Assembly: GCA_965213625.1 (NCBI GenBank)
Contig: CBDBZU010000004.1
Span: 1,248,001-1,312,000 of the forward strand
Length of the DNA stretch: 64,000 nucleotides
Direction: 5' to 3'
DNA from: a bacterium
Lineage (GTDB): Bacteria > UBA8248
Positions 30,126 through 39,868 of this stretch are shown piece by piece; the first letter of the stretch is position 1, and every line of letters begins with the position of its first letter. The position numbers and the translations under genes were made by a program. The notes under the pieces are model-generated. The model ran no database searches. It was not told where the DNA came from and saw nothing but the letters and a program-made list of their open reading frames with translations.

Positions 30126-30467
30126 GGGGTTGTTGAAAAGACCCGTGGAGCGATTTTAATTGCGCGCACGCTTTTGAAGTTCACTCCCCCCTTGAGGGTC
30201 GGTCTCCCTCGGGGAAGACCGACGATGAAGCCGAGCGGTTTTTTCGAAGGCTGAATCGGTGGGGGGTAAAATGCGTTTTATTGCCATTCCGAATTATACC
30301 CCCCACCAGTTCACTTTCGGGCTTACGCCCTCAGTTCACTGACTCCCCCTCAAGGGGGGAGTGGTTCTCTTCTCTCTCGTTTGTTGGCGATGATGTTCAA
30401 GGGCGAAGTCCGCAACTGCACTGGCGGGGGGTAAATTCCGAGTTTGAAAAACTTTTTCAACAGCCCC
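30126..30467. mobile_element. MITE-like element (342 bp) with IS1182-like ends and paired C6-TTGA-G5 hairpins
   Basis: Ends GGGGTTGTTGAAAAG / CTTTTTCAACAGCCCC; flanks CCGAGTAG / CCGAGTGG; homologous to 14853-16620 minus the IS. Confidence 0.75.
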
Positions 30468-30512
30468 CCGAGTGGTGGTTCACGCCATTCGCCAGGAACG
30501 TCCAGGGAAAAC

Positions 30513-31558
30513 TTACGTCAGGTAGTAGTCTGATATGGCCTCGAGAGCCACTTTGATGGCCGCCGCGAGCGGCACGGCGAGCAGGATCCCCGCGAACCCC
30601 ATCAACTCCCCCCCTATCATGATGGAGGCGAGCACCACCACGGGATGAAGCCCGATGCGGTTGCCCAGGATGCGGGGAATGAGGGTCATGCCCGCTATGG
30701 GCGAGATGATCCCGAACACGGCCAGCGTCGCCAGCGGGTGGAGCCAGTCCTGATGGCCGAGTGCGGAGAGCAGCAGGGCGATCGGCAGGGCGATAATCCA
30801 TTCCACGTAGGGAAACATGCAGGCGATACCCGTAAAAATGCCCATCACCAACCACAGCGGCATGTCCACGATGAAGAAGCCCAGCACGTAAAAGGCGGAG
30901 AGGATGAGGGCGATCAGCAACTGCCCCTTGATGAACGAACCGAGCAGTTCGTCGAGCCGGAAGACCCTTTTCTCCACCTCAGAGCGGTAGTCGCGGTGCA
31001 CGTAGGCGAAAAACCCCTTCCATAGCTCTTTCCAGTCCCTCAGGACATAGAAGGTCATCACGGGGATGAGAATGAGATAGATCATGCCGATGGCGATGGA
31101 GAAAATGCCGCTGGTTGTTCTCAGCAGAAACCTGAGCGCGGTAACGGAAACTGGCTCAGCAAGGAAAGGTTTTCGGTGAAGTATTTCTGGAGTTCGGCCG
31201 TCTGGGGGAGGTCGAATTTATCGAGCATGGCGATGAGCCAGGATTGCGTGAGCTTAATGTAGTCGGGAAGCTTCTTGGCGAACGCCGTCACTTGCTCTCG
31301 CACCACGGGCGCGATGCTCGCCCACAAGATCAAAAGGACCAAGCCCAAACCCAGCAGGGGGATCAGGACGGCGAGGGGCCTCGGTATTTTCCATCTCTCC
31401 AGCTTATCGACCAGGGGCTGGAGCAGATAGGCGAGGATGAAGGAAGCCGCGAGGGGCACCAGAGCCGCGCGGGCGCTCACCAAAAGCCAGATGCCGGCGA
31501 TGAATATGAGAATGAGCCAGATTCGCTTCCACGTGAGGATTTGGGGTTGATTGTCCAT
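30513..31558 (-). pseudogene. AI-2E family transporter split by a 1-bp frameshift near 31145 (real mutation or sequencing error)
   Basis: N-half LAYLLQPLVDKLE and C-half GQLL, PRILG..IGLHP, GILLAVP are in different frames; one added base restores FPVTALRFLLRTTSG. Confidence 0.8.
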
Positions 31559-31574
31559 GTCGGTCAGCCTGGCC

Positions 31575-32180
31575 TCAGTTTCGCGCTGCTGGGGTTGATT
31601 TCTCCGCTTGGCCTTCGTCCGGTTTCTCGTAAATCATACGGGTGCCTACGAAGAAAAGATAATGAACCCCCGAGGCGAGCGTCAGCCCGCAGGTGATCAG
31701 GTAGGTGGACAACAGCACGATGTTCGTCTCTGCGCTCAGCGCCGCCGCCAGAAGAGCGGCCCCCGCGGTGACCATCTGGGCGGTCGTCGTGGTTTTTCCC
31801 AGCATGGAAGGAGACGGCGTCTGGAAGCCCACACTCATGAACAACATCAGGCAGCCGATGGACAGCAACAAATCCCGGCTCACCACGGAGACGGCCAGCC
31901 AGATCGGGATTTGTCCTGAAATCCCCATCATCATGTATGCGGTGAACATGAGCAGTTTGTCCGCAATCGGGTCGAGCATGGCGCCCAACTCCGTCATTTC
32001 GCCGCGCCGTCTCGCGATATAGCCGTCAACGCCGTCCGCCACGCCCGCGATGATGAAGACGGCCAGAGCGATTCCCGGCTTCTTGTAGGCGAGACACATC
32101 ACGAATACGGGGATTAGGAAAACCCGGACCAGCGTGATCTTGGTCGCCAGCGTCAATTTGTATGAAGCAGGTGCGCTCAT
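31575..32180 (-). CDS. CDP-alcohol phosphatidyltransferase (PgsA-like)
   Basis: DGVDGYIARR..MTELGAMLDPIADK signature. Confidence 0.92.
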   Translation of the reverse strand: MSAPASYKLTLATKITLVRVFLIPVFVMCLAYKKPGIALAVFIIAGVADGVDGYIARRRGEMTELGAMLDPIADKLLMFTAYMMMGISGQIPIWLAVSVVSRDLLLSIGCLMLFMSVGFQTPSPSMLGKTTTTAQMVTAGAALLAAALSAETNIVLLSTYLITCGLTLASGVHYLFFVGTRMIYEKPDEGQAEKSTPAARN

Positions 32181-32279
32181 CGTTTAAGCGGCCTTTTTAC
32201 TTTTCTCTCGCGTATTGACGCATCATAACACACGAACCCCGTGGTTTTCTTTGCCTGAATCGTCCATCAAGCGCCTGCA

Positions 32280-33149
32280 TCATGAGGAGCCGGTTTTCCC
32301 GGGTGCTTTCGTTTTCTGTTTTGCTGATTGTCCGCGCGGTGTTCGCTTCGGGTTCGCCCTGGCCTTGGCCCAGCCCACTCTGGATGGCGGACGCTTCGCC
32401 GCTTCGGTGCGGATATTCGTCATCAGTTTCAGTTTTTCGACCTCATCGTTGTTGAGGGTCCTCACTTTGGCGGCGGGAAGGCCCCTGGCCGTAACCCCCC
32501 CGTATGCGCGCCGGACGAGCTTTATGACAGGGTGCCCCACGGCCTCGCACATTTTCTTGACCTGGTGCTGCCTGCCCTCGTGGAGTTCGATTCTGAGCCA
32601 TGTGTTCTTCTCCGTCTTTGCGCGGATGGTCCGCACGAGCGCTTCCTGGGGTTTCCTGCCACGCCTGCGCATCCATGATCCGTCCGCCATCCGGGCGAGG
32701 GCGGCCTCGGTGGGCGCTCCCTTCACCTTCGCCTCATAGACGCGGGGTATCCCGTATCTCGGGTGGGCGAGTCGGTTCGCCATCTCGCCATCGTTGGTGA
32801 GGAGTAACACTCCTTCCACGTCGAAATCGAGTCTGCCCACGGGGAACACGCGTCTTAAGCCCTGGGGCAGCAGGTCTGCCACAGTAGGCCTGTCCTTGCC
32901 CTCCTCGTCCCGCATGGTGGTGAGCACGTTCTTCGGTTTGTTCAGCACCAGATAGATGGGAGCCTCCTTTTTCGTAATGAGCTTTCCGTTCACCTTGATG
33001 GAATCGGTCAGCGGGTCCGCCTTGGCGCCTAAGGTGACCACGCGCGCTCCATTCACCCGAACGCAGCCCTCCTCGATCAGGCGTTCCGCTTCACGGCGCG
33101 AGGCGAGGCCCGCCTGGGCGATAATTTTCTGAAGCCGGATAGCGGTCAT
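32280..33149 (-). CDS. rluB: rRNA pseudouridine synthase (RluB/RsuA family)
   Basis: S4 domain RLQKIIAQAGLASRREAE, NKP, PVGRLD, EGRQHQVKKM. Confidence 0.85.
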   Translation of the reverse strand: MTAIRLQKIIAQAGLASRREAERLIEEGCVRVNGARVVTLGAKADPLTDSIKVNGKLITKKEAPIYLVLNKPKNVLTTMRDEEGKDRPTVADLLPQGLRRVFPVGRLDFDVEGVLLLTNDGEMANRLAHPRYGIPRVYEAKVKGAPTEAALARMADGSWMRRRGRKPQEALVRTIRAKTEKNTWLRIELHEGRQHQVKKMCEAVGHPVIKLVRRAYGGVTARGLPAAKVRTLNNDEVEKLKLMTNIRTEAAKRPPSRVGWAKARANPKRTPRGQSAKQKTKAPGKTGSS

Positions 33150-33290
33150 CTCTGGTATTACTCCCTCGGGTTTCTCACAAAATTGCGAGACACGCGATTA
33201 TAGCCATTCGGGGCCGAACAGGGTAACCTGTCGCGCAAAGCTCATGAAGGACAGGGCGACATCTCATACTCTTTGCGAAGGAGGTACGTT

Positions 33291-34400
33291 TTGCCGTCTT
33301 CACAAACCATCATCAGCATGACGCCGGCGCACGTTTGCGTGCCGCTGGACCGGCCGCTCAAGGTGGCCACTTTCGAGGTGCATGCCGTCGACACCTGCTG
33401 CGTCACCCTCCGGACGAAAGAGGGCTTGAAGGGCCACGGCTGGTGCTTCGCCTTCGGACCCGAGCGCACCCGCGCGATGATAGCGATGGTGCGCGATCTG
33501 TTCGCCAACCTGCTCGGCAAGGACCCCGCCGACGCCGAGGCGAACTGGGAGGCCATGCGCAAGGCGGTGAGCTTCGTGGGCCGTGACGGCATCAGCGCCC
33601 TGGCGATGTCAGCACTCGATACCGCCTGCTGGGACCTGGCGGCCAAGGCGGCGGGCCAGCCGCTGTGGCGCTACCTCGGTGGCGAGAAGCGCGAGATTCC
33701 CTGCTACGCGAGCGAGGGCCTCTGGCTCAACCTCACGATAGACGAACTCATGGAGGAGGCTGCAGCGCTCAAGGCGCGCGGCTTCAAGGCCATGAAGCTC
33801 CGCGTGGGCGGCAGGGTGGATGACGACGTCGAGCGAATCCGCGCCGTGCGTGAGGCGATAGGCGGCGATGTTGCGCTCATGGTGGACGCCAACCAGGCCT
33901 GGGACGTGGAAACTGCGAAACAGGCGTGCAAGGCGTTCGAGCCGTTCGACCTCTACTGGGTGGAGGAACCTGTCGATCACGAAGACATCAGGGGGTGCGC
34001 CGAGGTAGCCAAGACCAGCAACATTCCCATCTGCACCGGGGAGACGAACTACAACCCGCGCGGGATGCGCCACCTGCTCGTCGCGGGCGCGGCCGATATT
34101 CTGATGCCCGATCTCGAGCGCTGCTCCGGCGTTACGGGCTGGCGCCGTGCGGCGGCGATCGCGAAAGAGTTCGGAAAGCCGGTGACACCGCACTTGTTCC
34201 ACGAGGTTTCGGCGCATCTTCTGAGTGCGGAGGAGCACGGCGTCTGGTGCGAGAACATGCCCTGGTGGGAGTGCATCATCGAGGAGCCGATGGAGTTCAG
34301 GGACGGGAATCTGGTTCTTACTGACAAACCCGGCCTCGGGCTGGAGTGGAAAGAAGAGGCGCTCCGGGAGTACGCGCCGCCCGCGGGAGGTTCTTTGTAA
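33291..34400 (+). CDS. Mandelate racemase/muconate lactonizing enzyme family protein
   Basis: ALDTACWDL, KAMKLR, MVDANQ, WVEEP, TGE, PH; SD AAGGAGG before TTG. Confidence 0.9.
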   Translation: MPSSQTIISMTPAHVCVPLDRPLKVATFEVHAVDTCCVTLRTKEGLKGHGWCFAFGPERTRAMIAMVRDLFANLLGKDPADAEANWEAMRKAVSFVGRDGISALAMSALDTACWDLAAKAAGQPLWRYLGGEKREIPCYASEGLWLNLTIDELMEEAAALKARGFKAMKLRVGGRVDDDVERIRAVREAIGGDVALMVDANQAWDVETAKQACKAFEPFDLYWVEEPVDHEDIRGCAEVAKTSNIPICTGETNYNPRGMRHLLVAGAADILMPDLERCSGVTGWRRAAAIAKEFGKPVTPHLFHEVSAHLLSAEEHGVWCENMPWWECIIEEPMEFRDGNLVLTDKPGLGLEWKEEALREYAPPAGGSL

Positions 34401-35734
34401 TGGGGAGGACGCTCCTGCGCGATAGCAGCATCCTCACGCTCGACCCCGTACTCGGCGAGGTCGAAGGCGGGGACCTGCTCATCGAGGACGATGAGATACG
34501 GGAACTCGGCCGGAACATTCATGCCCCCGAGGCCGAAAGCGTCGATGCGAGCGATTTCATCGTCATGCCCGGTTTCGTGAACACGCATCAGCATACCTGG
34601 CAGACGGGCATACGCGGTGTCGCGGGCGACTGGTCGCTGGTGGAGTACATCCGGCAGATGCACGAGGGTTTCGGGCCCGGGTTTCAGCCCGAAGATGTTT
34701 ATCTTGCGAATCTGGTGGGTGCGCTGAATCAACTCAACGGCGGCGTCACGACGCTCTTCGACTGGTGTCACAACAACCCCACGCCCGAGCACACCGACGC
34801 AGGCTTAGACGGCCTGGAGGAAGCGGGCATCCGCGCGGTCTTCGGTCACGGAACGCCCAAGCCCAAGATTGCAGAGGGCGAGACGCCGCTCAGCCACAGG
34901 CCGCATCCACCAGATGAGGTCAGGCGTTTGCGATCTGGGCGGCTGGCTTCGGACGGCGGGCTCATCAAACTGGCCCTGGCCACGAGAGGGCCCGATCTCT
35001 CCACGCTCGAAATGTGCGTGCACGACATCTGTCTGGCCCGTGAATACGACTTGCTCTGGAGCGCGCACATCGGCGGCGGGTTCTACCGGGTGACGCCCGA
35101 CGGCGTACGGGAACTGGCGCGCAAGGGACTTCTGGGGCCCGATTTCAACGCCGTGCACGCGAACCAGTTGAGCGAGGAGGAGTTGCGGATACTCGTCGAC
35201 TCGGGCTGCTCGGTCACCTCTTGTCCGGAGGTGGAGATGCAGATGGGCCACGGCGAGCCCGTCATCGGTCGCGTTCTGGCCCTGGGCGGCAGGCCGACGC
35301 TCGGGATCGACGTGGAATCGAACATCAGCGGCGACATGTTCACCATGATGCGGATGGGACTTCAGTTCGCGCGCGCGCAGGAAAACCAGAATATACTCAA
35401 CGGGCGAACCTCGCCGGCGCAGGTCGCGGTTCCCGCGAAGCGCGCGCTGGAGTGGGCGACGATAGACGGCGCCAACGCACTGGGGCTGGGATACAAGGCG
35501 GGCACGCTCAAGCCCGGCAAGCAGGCGGACCTCATCCTGATCAGAAAGACCGACCTGAACCTCTATCCCGTGAACGTCCCGCTGGAGACGGTTGTTTTCC
35601 AGGCGTCTTTCGCCAACGTGGATACGGTCTACGTAGCCGGAAAGGCCGTGAAGAAAAACGGAAAACTGCTCTACCCCCGCCTTAGAGAGAAGATGGAGGC
35701 GTTGGCGGAATCCGGCAGGAGATTGCTACACTAG
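34400..35734 (+). CDS. Amidohydrolase (deaminase/chlorohydrolase type)
   Basis: PGFVNTHQHTWQ, GVTT..DWCH, AVHAN, PEVEMQMGHG, LGID, GKQADL. Confidence 0.9.
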   Translation: MGRTLLRDSSILTLDPVLGEVEGGDLLIEDDEIRELGRNIHAPEAESVDASDFIVMPGFVNTHQHTWQTGIRGVAGDWSLVEYIRQMHEGFGPGFQPEDVYLANLVGALNQLNGGVTTLFDWCHNNPTPEHTDAGLDGLEEAGIRAVFGHGTPKPKIAEGETPLSHRPHPPDEVRRLRSGRLASDGGLIKLALATRGPDLSTLEMCVHDICLAREYDLLWSAHIGGGFYRVTPDGVRELARKGLLGPDFNAVHANQLSEEELRILVDSGCSVTSCPEVEMQMGHGEPVIGRVLALGGRPTLGIDVESNISGDMFTMMRMGLQFARAQENQNILNGRTSPAQVAVPAKRALEWATIDGANALGLGYKAGTLKPGKQADLILIRKTDLNLYPVNVPLETVVFQASFANVDTVYVAGKAVKKNGKLLYPRLREKMEALAESGRRLLH

Positions 35735-35789
35735 CGAGTTCATCGGCATATACAGATATTCATACATTATCAATTATGGAGATTGAGAA

Positions 35790-36530
35790 ATGAGACTCGC
35801 GCTTTATTCCGACATTCATGCCCAACTCGCACCTCTGGACGCCGTTCTGGCGGAAGTAGACAAGCACGACGTCCACTGGGAGATAGTGCCCGGAGATCAC
35901 GTCATGGGCGGGCCGGAGCCGGGCGAAGTGGTCGATCGCCTGCGTTCCAGGAAAAACTGCCTGCCCATACTGGGGAATTTCGATCGCTGGGTCATCGACC
36001 ATGTCGACGAGGGGGAAAACGATTTTCCCGCGCGAAATGATAGTTCCCGCCTGACGCGCGAGCACCTGAGCGAAGATCAACTCGACTGGCTCCGTGGGCT
36101 GCCCCGCGAAATGACGCTTACGCCCGAACCCGGCCACGACCTCCGCATTTTTCATGGTTCGCCGGGAAACGACGAAGGCGCGCTCCCGCTCAGGCTTACC
36201 GACGACGAGATACTCGAACGCCTCGCGGGCGAGAAGTCAGAAGTTGTGGCCTTCGGGCAGTGTCACGGCCCTTATATCCGCCAGGTAGGGGACCAGACCC
36301 TCGTGTGCGCCGCGTCAGCCGCCGTGAGCTGGGACGGGGACAACCGCCCCGCCTACGTCCTGCTCGAATACCATGGAGGCGGGAAATGGGAAGGGGAAAT
36401 CCACCGCGTCGAGTATGATTTCGAGGAACAGGCGCGAAAGAACGAGGATAGTTGGGACCCGGGCGGGGATAAACAAGCCCACACGATTCGCACGGGCGAG
36501 TTCTGGAACCCCGCCCACATGCCCCACTAA
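35790..36530 (+). CDS. Calcineurin-like metallophosphoesterase
   Basis: SDIHA, GDHV, GNFD, HGSP, GQCH, RVEYD. Confidence 0.85.
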   Translation: MRLALYSDIHAQLAPLDAVLAEVDKHDVHWEIVPGDHVMGGPEPGEVVDRLRSRKNCLPILGNFDRWVIDHVDEGENDFPARNDSSRLTREHLSEDQLDWLRGLPREMTLTPEPGHDLRIFHGSPGNDEGALPLRLTDDEILERLAGEKSEVVAFGQCHGPYIRQVGDQTLVCAASAAVSWDGDNRPAYVLLEYHGGGKWEGEIHRVEYDFEEQARKNEDSWDPGGDKQAHTIRTGEFWNPAHMPH

Positions 36531-36539
36531 GAGGTTGCA

Positions 36540-36585
36540 ACCCCGCCTCTACGACGATCGCCGCGAGGCGGGGTATTGTTTTTTG
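36540..36585 (+). terminator. Probable Rho-independent terminator
   Basis: ACCCCGCCTC...GAGGCGGGGT stem followed by a T-rich tract. Confidence 0.5.
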
Positions 36586-36790
36586 AAGAATCCGGGTTTT
36601 GGAAGGCGAATTTTTCGTGTCGCAAGCCGACCCGGTCGATAATTACTTGATATATGGCCGATACATGCTAGCATAATACTGATACAGGCATGGCGAATCG
36701 TGAAAAATAGAACTAAATTGAATTTTGGAAGAAAAGAGAACCGACGAGGAACGAATCGAATACAGACGTCAAGCGCAGGAGGGCCAGAAA

Positions 36791-38203
36791 ATGAACGCAT
36801 CTTCTTCAGAAAATCCCGCTGAGACGGGGACGGCGAAAACCCAAAACGGCAGCCCGAACGGCCAGAATCTGTTGTCTATCGATCCGCCGCGCTACAAACC
36901 GATTGTGGTTCAGCAGATAGACAAAGTTCCCGAGTTGCAGAGCCTGCCCGACGATATCCGCTTCAGCATGAAGGTGGTGGGGCATGTGCTGCCTTTCCGC
37001 ACGAATCGCTACATGGTGGAGAATCTCATCGATTGGGACAACGTGCCTGAAGACCCCTTGTTCCAGCTCTCCTTTCCCCAGGAGGGAATGATCTCGAAAG
37101 AGGATTTTGATTCCGTGGCGGACCTGCTGAGGCGCGAAGCGCCCAAGGAGCAGCTCAATGCCGCCATCCACGAGATCAGGGCCGGCCTGAACCCCCACCC
37201 CGCCGGGCAGCAGACGCTGAACGTGCCCACCATCGACGATGAGCATGTGGAAGGCATGCAGCACAAATACCACGAAACGGTGCTCTTCTTCCCGGGACAG
37301 GGACAGACCTGCCACGCCTACTGCACCTTCTGTTTCCGCTGGGCGCAGTTCGTGGGGGACAAGGAGCTTCGCTTCATCTCCACGGACGCGGACATCCTGC
37401 ACAGGTATCTCGCCGATCATAAAGAGGTGACGGACGTCCTCTTCACCGGCGGCGATCCCTTGATCATGAAGACCAAGGCGCTCCAAGGCTACATGGAGCC
37501 CCTGCTGGATGATTCGCGTTTCGCGCACATCCGCGACATCCGCATCGGCTCGAAGGCGCTGACTTTCTGGCCGTATCGCTTCACCACGGACGCCGATGCG
37601 GACGATCTGATGCGTCTATTCGAGAAGATGGTGGAAGGCGGCAAGCACATCGCTATCATGGCGCACTTCAACCACGAGCGTGAGGTCCAGACCCCGATGG
37701 CGCGCGAAGCCATCAGAAGGGTGCGGGATACGGGCGCCGTCATCAGGACGCAGGCGCCGCTTCTCAAGCATATCAACGACGACGCGGACATGTGGGCGCG
37801 CATGTGGAAAGAGCAGGTGCGGCTCGGGCTGATACCCTATTACATGTTCGTGGAAAGGGACACGGGCGCCAAGCGCTATTTCGAACTGCCCCTGGTGGAG
37901 GCGCATGCGATCTACAGGAAAGCGTACTCCCAGGTGTCCGGTCTGGCGCGCACCGCGCGGGGTCCCTCGATGAGCGCGGCCCCCGGCAAGGTGCAGGTGT
38001 TGGGCATCGAAGAGGTTCGCGGCGAGCGCATCATCGCGCTTCAGTTCCTTCAGGCGAGAAACCCCGAGTGGCTGGGCCGCGTCTTCTTCGCCGAATACGA
38101 CGAGAACGCCACCTGGCTCACCGGCCTCAAGCCGGCCTTCGGAGAGAAGGAGTTCTTCTACGAGGCGGACTTCGAGGCGATGAAACAGCGCCTGGCGAGC
38201 TAG
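36791..38203 (+). CDS. KamA-family radical SAM aminomutase-like protein
   Basis: QHKY.ETVL, CHAYCTFCFR, FTGGDPL, IRIGSK, HFNH, QAPLL..IND, PYYMF. Confidence 0.88.
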   Translation: MNASSSENPAETGTAKTQNGSPNGQNLLSIDPPRYKPIVVQQIDKVPELQSLPDDIRFSMKVVGHVLPFRTNRYMVENLIDWDNVPEDPLFQLSFPQEGMISKEDFDSVADLLRREAPKEQLNAAIHEIRAGLNPHPAGQQTLNVPTIDDEHVEGMQHKYHETVLFFPGQGQTCHAYCTFCFRWAQFVGDKELRFISTDADILHRYLADHKEVTDVLFTGGDPLIMKTKALQGYMEPLLDDSRFAHIRDIRIGSKALTFWPYRFTTDADADDLMRLFEKMVEGGKHIAIMAHFNHEREVQTPMAREAIRRVRDTGAVIRTQAPLLKHINDDADMWARMWKEQVRLGLIPYYMFVERDTGAKRYFELPLVEAHAIYRKAYSQVSGLARTARGPSMSAAPGKVQVLGIEEVRGERIIALQFLQARNPEWLGRVFFAEYDENATWLTGLKPAFGEKEFFYEADFEAMKQRLAS

Positions 38204-38231
38204 GGGACGCTTAAGCTGCGCGCGGCGAAGA

Positions 38232-38699
38232 TCACTTCTTCGCCATTCGCAGCACCTCGTCGTATTCCTTTTTGGTCACGGGCTGTACGCTCAGGCGCTG
38301 CCCTTTCTGGGTGACGCGCATCTCCGCCAGCTTGGGATTTTCCTTGAGTTCGCTCAGCGAGACGGGCCGGGGGAGCTTTTCCGTCGCCTGCAAATCCACC
38401 ATCTGCCAGCGCGGGGCGTCGGCAGGGGCCTTCGGGTCGTAGTATTTGGATTTCTTGTCGTATTGGGTATGATCGGGATACGACTCCCGCGCCACCCGCG
38501 CAGTTCCCGCCACGTGGGGCGGTTTCGCGTTCGAATGGTAGAAGAGAACGAGGTCGCCCACCTTCATCTCCATCATGAAATTTCTGGCCTGATAGTTTCG
38601 AATGCCGTCCCAGCAGGCGGTCTGCTCGGGTTCGGCCATCAGGTCGTCGAACGAGTATGCGTCCGGTTCGCTCTTCATGAGCCAGTATTTTCGGGCCAT
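38232..38699 (-). CDS. EVE domain protein
   Basis: YWLMKSEP, WDGIRNYQARN, FYHS, RLSVQPV. Confidence 0.93.
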   Translation of the reverse strand: MARKYWLMKSEPDAYSFDDLMAEPEQTACWDGIRNYQARNFMMEMKVGDLVLFYHSNAKPPHVAGTARVARESYPDHTQYDKKSKYYDPKAPADAPRWQMVDLQATEKLPRPVSLSELKENPKLAEMRVTQKGQRLSVQPVTKKEYDEVLRMAKK

Positions 38700-38795
38700 C
38701 GAAAGCGTATCTCCGTTAGTCGGCGTGAATGAGATTAGGGTTCCGGGAAGATTACCACGTCGTTAATAGCGAGAAAATATGAACGAGTGATGCGC

Positions 38796-39743
38796 TTATG
38801 ATTGAGGCTTTACCTCACCCGCGATTTGAAGGTCGGCGAGTTTCAGGGTGCGCGAGATGAAATCGTTGCACGGCGTCTCGACGCCCACCTCCGCCCCGAT
38901 GCGAGAGACCGCGCCACACAAGGCGTCTATCTCGAGGCGCCTGCCGGCTTCCAGGTCATGACACAGGCTGCCCTTGCTGGCCGGGTTTTGCTCGTCGATG
39001 AAGCGATAGCGGCCCTCATCCGCGCCGTCGGGGAGGTTCACGCCCTTCGCCCGGCCCACCTGAAATACCTCGCGCATCGTCTCGCGCATCATGTTTCGCG
39101 TACCCTCATAGGCCATGTTCTCGCCGATGGTGGAGCGCGTGAGCGCCGTCATGCCGCCGACCGCGCAGATGAAAATGAACTTCGTCCAAAGCTCCGCCTC
39201 GATGTCTTCCGAGTATTCCGCGTTTATCTCTGCATCTTTCAGTTCGCTCAGTATCTCATGGCCCCGCTCGCTTTCGCCGCCGCCAAATTCGCCGAAAACC
39301 ATTCGCCTCGGGCCCCCGATTTGGCGGATGAGGCCCGGCCCTGCGATGGAGGTGAATATGTAGGCGGCGCCTCCCATCACCCGCGCAGCACCATAGACGG
39401 CCGCCAGTTTCTCCTCATTGTCCACGCCGTTTTGCAGGTTGATGATTACGGTGTCCGGGCCGACCATGGGCGCGATGGCGGGAATGGCGACGGAGTTTGC
39501 GGTCGTTTTCACGCAGTAGAGAATGACGTCGCAAACGCCCGCCTCCGCAGGCGAATCCGTAAACATTCCTTCTCGCACGCTGAATGCCCCAGGCAAGACG
39601 CTCTCCACGCGAAGACCGTCTTTTCGTATGGCTTCCAGGTGCGCGCCGCGCGCGATGAAGGCGACGTCCTTTCCGCCCCTCGCCAGCATGGCGCCGAAAT
39701 ACCCGCCCACGCCTCCCGTCGCCATGATTCCAAAGCGCATCAT
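38796..39743 (-). CDS. panE: 2-dehydropantoate 2-reductase family protein
   Basis: GGVGGYFG, ARGAHL, LQNG, WTKF, SL.HDL..GRRLEID. Confidence 0.85.
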   Translation of the reverse strand: MMRFGIMATGGVGGYFGAMLARGGKDVAFIARGAHLEAIRKDGLRVESVLPGAFSVREGMFTDSPAEAGVCDVILYCVKTTANSVAIPAIAPMVGPDTVIINLQNGVDNEEKLAAVYGAARVMGGAAYIFTSIAGPGLIRQIGGPRRMVFGEFGGGESERGHEILSELKDAEINAEYSEDIEAELWTKFIFICAVGGMTALTRSTIGENMAYEGTRNMMRETMREVFQVGRAKGVNLPDGADEGRYRFIDEQNPASKGSLCHDLEAGRRLEIDALCGAVSRIGAEVGVETPCNDFISRTLKLADLQIAGEVKPQS

Positions 39744-39788
39744 AAATCCCTGTCAAAGAGGCTCGGCTTGCGCCGCGCAAGGCAAATG

Positions 39789-39820
39789 AAAAGGAGGAAA
39801 GCCTGGGCCTTCCTCCTTTT
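39789..39820. terminator. Hairpin terminator downstream of scpB
   Basis: AAAAGGAGGAA...TTCCTCCTTTT. Confidence 0.6.
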
Positions 39821-39868
39821 GGTTGTAGCAGAGTTTAGGGTATTTCGTCAGGAAGAGGTCTCCGTATT

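Noticed and set aside
14640-30470. Hairpin repeat clusters as a CRISPR array
   Set aside because: Units occur as inverted pairs at irregular spacing, the spacers recur between loci, and no cas genes are present.
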